Part shown: piece by piece, positions 20,421-28,119 of the stretch
Position numbering within the stretch: the stretch's first letter is position 1
How the letters are laid out: each line of letters begins with the position of its first letter
NCBI GenBank assembly: GCA_963742735.1
Contig: CAVUMN010000003.1
Location: 512,001 to 576,000 of the forward strand
Origin: an uncultured Actinomycetes bacterium
Lineage (GTDB): Bacteria > Actinomycetota > UBA4738 > JBBDTT01
Length of the DNA: 64,000 bases
Direction: 5' to 3'
Translations under genes and position numbers: made by a program
The notes under the pieces: model-generated
What the model was told of the DNA's origin: nothing
The model's database searches: none
The model's input: the letters and a program-made list of their open reading frames with translations, nothing else

Positions 20421-21230
20421 ATGCCCCTGTACATGGATCGCCACGAGCTGCCGGGCGCGACGGCCGAGGAGGTCGCGGCGGCGCACATCCGCGACCTCGA
20501 GGTCCAGCCGAAGTACGGGGTCCGGTACATCTCCTACTGGTACGACGACGGGGCGGGATCCGTGTTCTGCCTGGCGGAGGGGCCCAGCATGGAGGCCATC
20601 AGCGCGGTCCACGCCGAGGCCCACGGGCTCGTCGCGAACAAGATCATCGAGGTGGACCACCGCGCGGTCGCCCAGTTCCTCGGGAGGATCCACGAGCCCG
20701 CCCCGGGAGAGCCGTACGCCGAGACCGCCTTCCGCACGATCCTGTTCACCGACATCGAGGGTTCCACCAGCCTCACGCAGCGACTGGGTGACGCGGGCGC
20801 CATGCGGGTCCTGCACGCCCACGACACGGCCGTGCGCGAGTCGCTGCGGGCGCGCGACGGGCACGAGGTCAAGCACACCGGCGACGGCATCATGGCCGCC
20901 TTTCACTCGGTCGCTCGTGGCATCGAGTGCGCTATCGACGTCCAGCGCCGGCTCGCCGAGCACAACGACACCGACGAGATTCCCATCGGGGTTCGGATCG
21001 GCGTGTCGGCCGGCGAGCCGGTGACCGAGTACGACGACCTGTTCGGCGCCGTCGTGCAGCTCGCGGCCCGTCTCTGCGCCAGCGCCGGGACCGGGGGCAT
21101 CTACGTATCGAACGCCGTGCGCGAGCTGGCCCTCGGCAAGGGGTTCACGTTCGAGGACCGCGGCCGGGTCGAGCTCAAGGGCTTCGACGAGCCCGTCCAG
21201 CTCCACGAGGTGCTCTGGCAGACGGCCTAA
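20421..21230 (+). CDS. DUF4242 (SCO4226-like) plus class III adenylate/guanylate cyclase
   Basis: MPLYMDRH...AHIRDL...VFCL...HAEAHG N-domain; FTDIEGST, KHTGDG, LFGAVVQLAARL, ELKGF. Confidence 0.88.
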   Translation: MPLYMDRHELPGATAEEVAAAHIRDLEVQPKYGVRYISYWYDDGAGSVFCLAEGPSMEAISAVHAEAHGLVANKIIEVDHRAVAQFLGRIHEPAPGEPYAETAFRTILFTDIEGSTSLTQRLGDAGAMRVLHAHDTAVRESLRARDGHEVKHTGDGIMAAFHSVARGIECAIDVQRRLAEHNDTDEIPIGVRIGVSAGEPVTEYDDLFGAVVQLAARLCASAGTGGIYVSNAVRELALGKGFTFEDRGRVELKGFDEPVQLHEVLWQTA

Positions 21231-21236
21231 CGCTCG

Positions 21237-21569
21237 TCAGGCTTCGGCGGCGGGCCAGTTCGCCACGGTGGGGTGGTCCTTGTCGACCGGACCGATCTGC
21301 GCTGCCCCCCCGGGTGAGCCGATGCCACTGATCTCTTCGTTGAAGAACTCGGCGTTGATCGGCGTGAACTCTTTCCAGTCCTTGGGGACGTCGTCCTCGG
21401 CGAAGATCGCGGTCACCGGGCACACGGGCTCGCACGCGGCGCAGTCGATGCACTCGTCGGGGTGGATGTAGAGCATCCGCCCGCCCTCGTAGATGCAGTC
21501 GACGGGACACTCGTCGACGCACGCCAGGTCCTTCACGTCGATACAGGGTTCGCAGATCGTGTAGGTCAT
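21237..21569 (-). CDS. fdxA: 7Fe ferredoxin (FdxA type)
   Basis: MTYTICEPCIDVKDLACVDECPVDCIYEG...CIDCAACEPVCPV; GGAGG SD. Confidence 0.9.
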   Translation of the reverse strand: MTYTICEPCIDVKDLACVDECPVDCIYEGGRMLYIHPDECIDCAACEPVCPVTAIFAEDDVPKDWKEFTPINAEFFNEEISGIGSPGGAAQIGPVDKDHPTVANWPAAEA

Positions 21570-21660
21570 CGCCATCCCTCCGAGCAGGGTCCGCACATGA
21601 TCACTACCCCGGGATCGGCGAAACGAACACCGACACGAGGTAACTGCCCGTGGCGGACCG

Positions 21661-22568
21661 TTACGACGTGGCGAGGGTGTCGAGGATCTGCTCGAGCGCG
21701 TCGATGACCGCTTGCGGCCGAACCACCTGGATCTCGTGTCCGGCGCCGGGGACCGTTTTGCGCAAGCCCGCAGCCGACTTGTCGGCGAGCTCCTGCTGCG
21801 CGGCGGCCCAGAGCTCGTCGATCGTCGTCGCGAGGTCGGGTGGCAATCCCAACCGGCGTTCCCCAGAGGTCCCGGCGGTCAGCACCACCAGCGGCCGGTT
21901 CCCGAAGAGCGGTCCGGGCGTGTCGAGCGCGGCGGCCGCCAGCTCGAGGCTGGTGCGGATATGGAGGTGTTCGGGGTTCTGGGATGGGTCGATCTCGAAG
22001 GTCTCGAAGCTCTCGCGGAGGTCCGTGAGGCTGGCAGGTTCGTCCTCGGCCGGCGGCGGTAGTGCGTCGCGCAGCCTCTCGGAGAAGTGGGGACTCTCCG
22101 GGTCGACGAAGAGCAGGCCGACGACGTCGCCCGGGTACGCCTGCGTGAACAGGATCGCGACCGACGCGCCATACGAGTGTGCTGCGATCACGAAGGGCCC
22201 GCTGATGCCGGCCGCATCGAGCAGCGCGCGAAGGTCGGCGACCTGGTCCGAGGCGGTGCGCGAAGCCTCCGCGGGCGGCTCGCTCTGCCCCAGACCGGCG
22301 CGGTCGTAGGCGCACAGCCGATGGGTCGACTGCATCTCGGGCAAGATCTCGGCCCACGTGAGGTAGTCCCCCCCGCCCCCCGGCCTCGAGCAGGATCGTC
22401 GGTTCGCCCGTGTCGGTCGGGCCGACGCACACCAGATGCATGGTCCGACCGCCGACGTCGACGTCGGCTTCGATCTCGGTCGAAGTGCTCGCACTGGGCG
22501 AGGGCGCGGTCGAGGGGGGCGGCAACGACCACGGACAACAAGACCAAGCCGAATGGACGGGGACGCAT
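21661..22568 (-). pseudogene. Secreted alpha/beta hydrolase with two frameshifts (pseudogene or homopolymer errors)
   Basis: Signal peptide, DVGGRTMHLVC...LLEAG and YDRAGLG...AHSYG...GAGHEI lie in three frames joined at G/C runs 22514-22519 and 22368-22381. Confidence 0.75.
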
Positions 22569-22597
22569 GCGGGCGAAGTGTAACCGGGGTCCAACCG

Positions 22598-22629
22598 AGT
22601 AGCCCTAACCCGAGCCTATTCGAACCGTG
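22598..22629 (-). repeat. Degenerate copy of the tRNA-Glu 3' end (possible att remnant)
   Basis: agtagccctaac...attcgaaccgtg resembles agtagtcccaac...gttcgaacccgtg at 23633-23660. Confidence 0.45.
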
Positions 22630-22957
22630 ACGTTCAGGACCGAATCGCGCGGCTATCCCGGCTCGCGTCACCCGGTGGTGCTGGGAATGTGAAGATTACC
22701 GACAGGAGTGGGACATCCCGCGGGCTCCAACGCTAGCGTTCGGGCTAGTGGCATCTTCTTCGCGGCGAGACCGGACAACCTTCTACATTTGGGCTGCGGG
22801 TTCGGTTGCCTGGGAAGCCTTGGCCGTGTGGCTCCTGGCGCCTTCTACGACGACGAGGCACCGGACTGCGATCATTACGTCTCGAACGAACACACGACGT
22901 CAACATTCCGGACTTTTGATGACCGGAATTCCAATGCTTAAGCCGGGGGCGTTTCTG

Positions 22958-23485
22958 ATGCGAAGGATCATCCTCGCGACGGCCGCGCTCACGATGTTGG
23001 CCTCTTCATGCGGTGGCCTCGGTACCGAGGTGGAAACCAATGCCGAGTCAAGCCCATCGCCAGAGGCAAGCCCCCTCCAGCCAACGCCGCTTACGTCGAC
23101 GGTTTATCTCGATCCGCTGAACCGCCTGACTTTCTCCCCTCCCGAGGAGGATGCCGTGGCGAAGCTCAGCCCAAGTGAAGCGGTAGCAGAATTCAAGGCA
23201 CAGAACTCGGAGTTCGCGGGCGTCCCCGACGACGGGAAGGCGTATTTGGGCCGTTACACGGCCTGGACTGGCGGAAAGGAATTTCGGTATGACCACCATC
23301 TCGCATGGGGAATAACGTGGCGGAACTGCGCTAGGGGCGGGGCGCTGTTCCCTGATTCCAAGTCGACGTCTCCCGCGACTGCCACGCCTTCTCCGTCCAG
23401 CTCTCCGCCATGCACCTTCTGGCTGTTCCTCGATGCGAACACTGGCGAGATGCTCGAAGCGACCTGGCAGACAAATACCGACTAG
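22958..23485 (+). CDS. Hypothetical lipoprotein with atypical, lower-GC codon usage
   Basis: MRRIILATAALTMLASSC lipobox; PepSY-like C-terminus WLFLDANTGE. Confidence 0.65.
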   Translation: MRRIILATAALTMLASSCGGLGTEVETNAESSPSPEASPLQPTPLTSTVYLDPLNRLTFSPPEEDAVAKLSPSEAVAEFKAQNSEFAGVPDDGKAYLGRYTAWTGGKEFRYDHHLAWGITWRNCARGGALFPDSKSTSPATATPSPSSSPPCTFWLFLDANTGEMLEATWQTNTD

Positions 23486-23601
23486 TCGTTGGCTAGGCAT
23501 CGAGTCGATAGGCCGGAACATGCGCCGACATGTGCGACGCTTAGCGGTGGTCCCTTAGCCAAAGGTTGAACGCTCGATCGAACACGATCGAAACCCGCGA
23601 A

Positions 23602-23630
23602 GTTGGCTTCGGCAAGCCAAGCAAGCCAAC
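23602..23630 (-). terminator. Hairpin downstream of tRNA-Glu
   Basis: GTTGGCTT...AAGCCAAC inverted repeat next to the tRNA 3' end. Confidence 0.4.
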
Positions 23631-23634
23631 CCAG

Positions 23635-23707
23635 TAGTCCCAACGGGGTTCGAACCCGTGTCTCCACCTTGAGAGGGTGGTGTCCTAGGCCTCTAGACGA
23701 TGGGACC
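23635..23707 (-). tRNA. tRNA-Glu(CTC)
   Basis: GGTCCCATCGTCTAGAGGCCTAGGACACCACC-CT-CTC-AA-GGTGGAGACACGGGTTCGAACCCCGTTGGGACTA; CCA not encoded. Confidence 0.96.
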
Positions 23708-23810
23708 GAAGGGTGCGCCGAGGGCGCGAGCAGAGAGTGTAGCGGCTGCCCTCGCGCTCCGACCAAGCGCCCGAATGGCCTGCCGCCGGACGGGTATGCA
23801 TCGATGGGCG

Positions 23811-24119
23811 ATGCTCGAGTATCAGGTGGAACGCAAGGACGGGGGCGACGTGGAGGTCGCCCTTCGCGGCGCGCTCGCCGACGAGGACTGGACGGATCGA
23901 CTGGAGGCCTACCTCCAGGAGCACTACATCAACGACGGCGTGACCCGGATCATCCTGAACCTGGCCGGCGTCGAGTGGGTGGATCTGGAGGGCGTGGCCA
24001 CCCTCGTCCGGCTCGCCCATCACGCCCGTGACCGAGGCAAGCGCCTGCTGGTCACCGAGGCGAGTGACCTGGTCCGGGGGAAGCTCGAGCGCACCGGCGT
24101 GCTGGAGTACCTGAGCTGA
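23811..24119 (+). CDS. STAS-domain protein (anti-sigma-factor antagonist-like)
   Basis: VALRGAL...IILNLAGVEWVDLEGVATLV...KLERTGV. Confidence 0.75.
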   Translation: MLEYQVERKDGGDVEVALRGALADEDWTDRLEAYLQEHYINDGVTRIILNLAGVEWVDLEGVATLVRLAHHARDRGKRLLVTEASDLVRGKLERTGVLEYLS

Positions 24120-24195
24120 GATCGTTGTCGCGGCCGGATCTCGCGCGTAGGGTTCGCCTCCCCTGAACCGATCAGAACGAAACGGAGCGCCCCTC

Positions 24196-25059
24196 GTGGC
24201 CCATCGCCGGATCCTCGCCCTCCTGCTCGGCGTGGCGCTGCTCACCTCCTCGTGCGGGCTGGTCCGCATCCGTGGGAGTGCGCCGTCGGCGTCGGCCGAG
24301 GCGTCCGGGCCAATCCCCGACCGGCCCGAGTGCGCGCCGAAGCCCGTGCGGCTCGTCTTCAAGTTCGACCCGGGCACCATCCAGGCCGACCGGGATCTCA
24401 TCCGCGACGCCATCACCAAGGCTCGCGGCTACTTCCCGCTCGAGTACCCGCGCGACGCTCGCTGGTCCTACCTGGATCAGCACTACGTGTGCTACCCGAA
24501 GCAGTACTGGGAGCCGGTGGTCACGACGTTCACCCCGGCCGACGACCGCCGGACCGCCGAGTACCGCCCTCGCCGCGGCATCCGGATCTATCTGGGAAGC
24601 GACGGCTGGCGGAACTCGCCGCCGGTCTACCGGACCGTGATCGCTTTCCACGAGGCGTATCACTGGTTCCAGGACCTCGCGTCGAAGAACCCCCATTCCA
24701 TCTCGGCCGGCCACGAACAACCCCTGTGGATGGTCGAGGGGTCGGCCGAGTGGGCGGGCTGGGACGCCGCCGTGCACTTCGGCTCCTTCCCGAGCATGGA
24801 CGAGGCCCGCAGGCTGGAGCACGGGGCGCTCAACACCGACCGCGACGATCTACCGACGTACGAGTTCCCGGACGGGGACATCTTCGGCGCCTACCCGCTG
24901 TTCTTCACGGCGGTGGACGAGCTGATGGCCGACCACGGCGGGCGCACGGCCATGCGCACCTTCTGGGAGTTCGACACCAGTGAGAGCTGGCGAGTGTTCT
25001 TCCAGGAAGCCTTCGGCCTCAGCGTGAAGAAGTTCTACGCGGCGTTCGCTGCGGGTTAG
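24196..25059 (+). CDS. Lipoprotein, putative zinc metallopeptidase
   Basis: LLTSSC lipobox; FHEAYHWFQ...PLWMVEGSAEW gluzincin-like motif. Confidence 0.72.
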   Translation: MAHRRILALLLGVALLTSSCGLVRIRGSAPSASAEASGPIPDRPECAPKPVRLVFKFDPGTIQADRDLIRDAITKARGYFPLEYPRDARWSYLDQHYVCYPKQYWEPVVTTFTPADDRRTAEYRPRRGIRIYLGSDGWRNSPPVYRTVIAFHEAYHWFQDLASKNPHSISAGHEQPLWMVEGSAEWAGWDAAVHFGSFPSMDEARRLEHGALNTDRDDLPTYEFPDGDIFGAYPLFFTAVDELMADHGGRTAMRTFWEFDTSESWRVFFQEAFGLSVKKFYAAFAAG

Positions 25060-25061
25060 CC

Positions 25062-26128
25062 GTGCGGATCCTGATCAGCTATCGGCGCGAGGACTCCGCC
25101 GGCCATGCCGGCCGGCTCTACGACGACCTGACGGAGCACTTCGGCCCGGGGCACGTCTTCATCGACATCGACACCATCCAGCCCGGCGCGGACTTCACCA
25201 AAGCCGTCGCCCAGGAGATGCAGAGGTCCGAGGTCGTCCTGGTGGTCGTCGGACCGCGGTGGCTCTCGGTCACGGACGAGAGCGGCCGGCGCCGGCTCGA
25301 CGACCCCGGCGACTACGTCCGGCTGGAGGTGGAAGGCGCCCTTGCTCGGGAGGACGTTCGGCTGATCCCGCTGCTCGTCCAGGGCGCTCCGATGCCCGCG
25401 GTCCGCGATCTCCCGGAGCCCCTGCATCCCTTCGCGTACCGGAACGCGCTCTCCATCTCCGAGGACCGATGGAGGTACGACGTGGGCCGGCTCGTCCAGG
25501 CGCTCGATCCCAAGACGGCCGTACCGGAGGATCGCTCGGCGCGGACGTCCCGGGGCCGGGGTCGCGCGCTGACGGCCGCCATCGTCGCCGGCGTGGTCCT
25601 GATCGGCGGGGCGGTCTACGCGCTCACGCGCGGCGACTCGCCCGGGACCCCACCGTCGTCGCAGAGTCCGGGGACCACGGCGCCCGGTACGGTCCGCCCG
25701 CCGACCGGCTTCTCGCCCTGATCCCCGAGCACATCCGGGGGTCCTGCCAGGAGGTGACCGAGCCGAACAATCGGCCGAGCGGCGCGCTGGCCACCTTCGA
25801 CTGCGGGAGCGGCGGAGCGTACGCGTCCTACAGCCTGTTCCCGACGTCCGCCGCCGTGGACGATCTCTATCTGGAGCGGGTGGTGAATTCGGGGGTCGCG
25901 AAGAACTCGGGGGCCTGCCTCGGCGACGACTGGCCTGGGGAGGAGGGCATCGAGGGCCACGATTCGGAGCAGGCCCGGCTGCTGTGTACGCAGGAAGCGG
26001 GGGAGGATCCGAACCTCACCTGGAAGCGCTCGGACCTGATGGTCTACGCCACCGCGGGGAGCGGCGGCACGCGGGAGGACCTGCTCGAGTTCTGGGAGCG
26101 CGCCGGACCGGTCGGGCCCGGCGAGTGA
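25062..26128 (+). CDS. TIR-domain transmembrane protein with 4-Cys extracellular domain; frameshift near 25695
   Basis: ILISYRREDS...DYVRLEVEGAL TIR, then TM and Pro/Ser/Thr linker; frame stops at 25721 but coding continues in the -1 frame (ADRLLALIP...LLEFWERAGP) to 26128. Confidence 0.75.
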
Positions 26129-26133
26129 GCGTC

Positions 26134-26178
26134 TGGCTGGGACGCCAGGATTCGAACCTGGACGAACCAGGACCAAGG
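26134..26178 (-). pseudogene. 3' half of a tRNA-Gln, from anticodon to CCA, inverted relative to the intact copy
   Basis: Minus strand reads TTG-GT-CCTGG-TTCGT-CCAGG-TTCGAAT-CCTGG-CGTCCCA-GCCA; no matching 5' half found. Confidence 0.85.
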
Positions 26179-26206
26179 ATGCCGCTGCTATTCTGGAGAG
26201 GTTCCT

Positions 26207-26281
26207 TGGGACGTGGGGTAATTGGTAGCCCGACGGATTCTGGCTCCGTTAGTTCAGGTTCGAGTCCTGACGTCCCAGCCA
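26207..26281 (+). tRNA. tRNA-Gln(CTG)
   Basis: TGGGACGTGGGGTAATTGGTAGCCCG-ACGGA-TT-CTG-GC-TCCGT-TAGT-TCAGGTTCGAGTCCTGA-CGTCCCA-GCCA; TGCTATTCT extended -10 at 26186-26194. Confidence 0.96.
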
Positions 26282-26692
26282 TCTCTTCGCCCAGGTCCTG
26301 ATGCGGTGACAGTTCGCGCACACGACGTCGCATTGTGCGACTTCGGCCCTGATCTCCCGTAATGGCCGGCTCCCCTGAGCTTTGCTGATGTTGAATCTTT
26401 TTGTCTCCGGGTTCACATGATCGAAGTCCATGACGTAGGCGGGGTAGCGTCGTCCGCAGTCCGCGCACGGACGATCCTTCGCGCCCTCGAGGAATCGCCG
26501 GGCCGTCGCGCGAGACTGCCGATTTCGGGACAGGGCAGCTGATCGATACCGTTCCGCGTTCCGCGCATAGTGTTGTTTCGCGTAGGCGCTCTGACACTCC
26601 ACGCAATACGACTGCATTCCATCGGCGCGGCGACGGTTTCGGTTGAAGGACACGGGCGGCTTGGTCAGGCCGCATCCGGGACAACGCTTCAT
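26249..26692 (-). CDS. Zn-finger plus HNH endonuclease, 3' end antisense to tRNA-Gln
   Basis: N-terminal CPGC...CVEC; PCADCG...VMDFDH...CDVVCANCHRIRT. Confidence 0.85.
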   Translation of the reverse strand: MKRCPGCGLTKPPVSFNRNRRRADGMQSYCVECQSAYAKQHYARNAERYRSAALSRNRQSRATARRFLEGAKDRPCADCGRRYPAYVMDFDHVNPETKRFNISKAQGSRPLREIRAEVAQCDVVCANCHRIRTWAKRWLGRQDSNLN

Positions 26693-26698
26693 CCGCGA

Positions 26699-26720
26699 AT
26701 CGTAGCGAGCGGGTGTGACA
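26699..26720 (-). promoter_or_regulatory. PafBC/RecA-NDp-like leaderless promoter of the HNH gene
   Basis: TGTCAC-N10-TACGAT-N6-ATG. Confidence 0.65.
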
Positions 26721-26817
26721 CGATCGGGCTGCGCAGGCTGTGACGCCCGATCGCACCATCTACTAAGGTTCGCGGCTGTTGCCCGGCAGGCCGATCCTCT
26801 GGGGAAGGAGAAAAACC

Positions 26818-27150
26818 GTGAACAAGGACGAGCTCGTGGCCGAGGTGGCCAAGCAGGCCGACGTCGCCAAGTCCGTTGCCGCGGCGGTGCTCGAGGCGCT
26901 CACCGACACGGTGAAGACCTCGGTCGCCAAGGGTCAGAAGGTGGCGCTGGTCGGTTTCGGAACGTTCGAGAAGCGCGTGCGCAACGCACGCACCGCGCGC
27001 AACCCGCGCACCGGGGAGACCATCAAGGTCGCGAAGACCAACGTGCCCGCGTTCAAGCCCGGCGCCGCGTTCAAGGAGAGCGTGGCCGGCTCGAAGAAGG
27101 CGGGAGCGAAGAAGCCCGCTGCCAAGAAGACCGCCGCCCGCAAGCGATAG
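26818..27150 (+). CDS. hup: HU DNA-binding protein with short Lys/Ala tail
   Basis: MNKDELV...GFGTFE...ARTARNPRTGETIKV...PAFKPG; AAGGAG SD. Confidence 0.95.
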   Translation: MNKDELVAEVAKQADVAKSVAAAVLEALTDTVKTSVAKGQKVALVGFGTFEKRVRNARTARNPRTGETIKVAKTNVPAFKPGAAFKESVAGSKKAGAKKPAAKKTAARKR

Positions 27151-27160
27151 ATCGCTCGAC

Positions 27161-27200
27161 CGAGGGCCCCGCCGCCGGCGACCGGCGCGCGGGGCCTTCG
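27161..27200. terminator. GC-rich hairpin between convergent genes
   Basis: CGAGGGCCCCGC...GCGGGGCCTTCG. Confidence 0.6.
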
Positions 27201-27207
27201 TGCGTAG

Positions 27208-28119
27208 TCAGGCCAGGCCGTAGACGGCCGTCGCGGTGCCGCCGAGGATCGCGTCGACCTCCTCGGGGGTGAACGAGCCCTCGGGGGCGTCGGCGAAGAC
27301 CTTCACGAAGTCGTCGTCGGCGAGCGCCGCCCGGTAGTGGGGGGCGTCGGTGCCCCACATCACCCGGTGCGGGCCCACCACCTCGAGCACCTCGCGGACG
27401 TTGTCCCGGAACCGCTCGGGCGTGCGCTGGGCCCGAATCTGCCAGCCCGAGAGCTCGCAGACGACGTTCGGCTTCAGCGCGGCGACCGCGAGCACGTCCC
27501 GCCACTGGAGGTTGCCGGTGTGCCCGGCGATGATCGTGAGGTCGGGGAAGTCGGCCGCGACCGTGTCGAGCAGTCGGGGATCCGAGAAGTGCGAGTGCGC
27601 CGGGGTCGGGCTCGGGCCGGTGTGGAACAGCACCGGAACCCCCACCGCCCCGGCCGCCTCCAGGAACGGGTACACCACGGGGTCGTCCAGCCGGAACCCG
27701 CTCGAGGGATGGAGCTTGACCATCACCGCCCCCTCGTTCGTGAGCGCCTCCACACAGGCGTCGAGGGCGCCCGGGTGGCGAGGATCGGCCCCGAACCCCC
27801 ATCGGATGCGGTCGGGGTTCGCCGCCGCGAAGTCTCGATACCAGGCGTTCTGCTCACGCCACCCGACCGTCGGGGGCCCGAGGCGCTCCCACCCGCTCCA
27901 GTCGAACGGGAACGCCACGGCGACGTCGACGCCGGAGACGTCCATCGCGCCGAGCTGCATGGAGCCGTCGGTATCGAAGAACGAGGGGATCACCGTGTCC
28001 AGCAGCATCGACGCGTCGATCCCGGGAAGGGTGGCCGCGCCGACCCGCGCGACGCCCTCCCAGTATCCCGGGCCGAGCCATCCCTCCTGGACGACGTGGC
28101 AGTGGGCGTCGACGCGCAC
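27208..28119 (-). CDS. Amidohydrolase_2 family metal-dependent hydrolase
   Basis: DAHCH, KLHP, LFHTG, AGHTG, WGTDAP. Confidence 0.88.
   Translation of the reverse strand: MRVDAHCHVVQEGWLGPGYWEGVARVGAATLPGIDASMLLDTVIPSFFDTDGSMQLGAMDVSGVDVAVAFPFDWSGWERLGPPTVGWREQNAWYRDFAAANPDRIRWGFGADPRHPGALDACVEALTNEGAVMVKLHPSSGFRLDDPVVYPFLEAAGAVGVPVLFHTGPSPTPAHSHFSDPRLLDTVAADFPDLTIIAGHTGNLQWRDVLAVAALKPNVVCELSGWQIRAQRTPERFRDNVREVLEVVGPHRVMWGTDAPHYRAALADDDFVKVFADAPEGSFTPEEVDAILGGTATAVYGLA

Noticed and set aside
23575-23595. Possible LexA box (tcgaacacgatcga)
   Set aside because: Spacing and right half do not fit CGAAC-N4-GTTCG.
25685-25721. Programmed -1 frameshift in the TIR gene
   Set aside because: No slippery heptamer visible; a single-base deletion or sequencing error is simpler.
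26134-26281. Intron-containing, split or permuted tRNA-Gln on the minus strand
   Set aside because: No matching D-arm or 5' anticodon stem (needs CCAGG) found upstream on that strand; the TGGGACG there is only the complement of the plus-strand acceptor stem.
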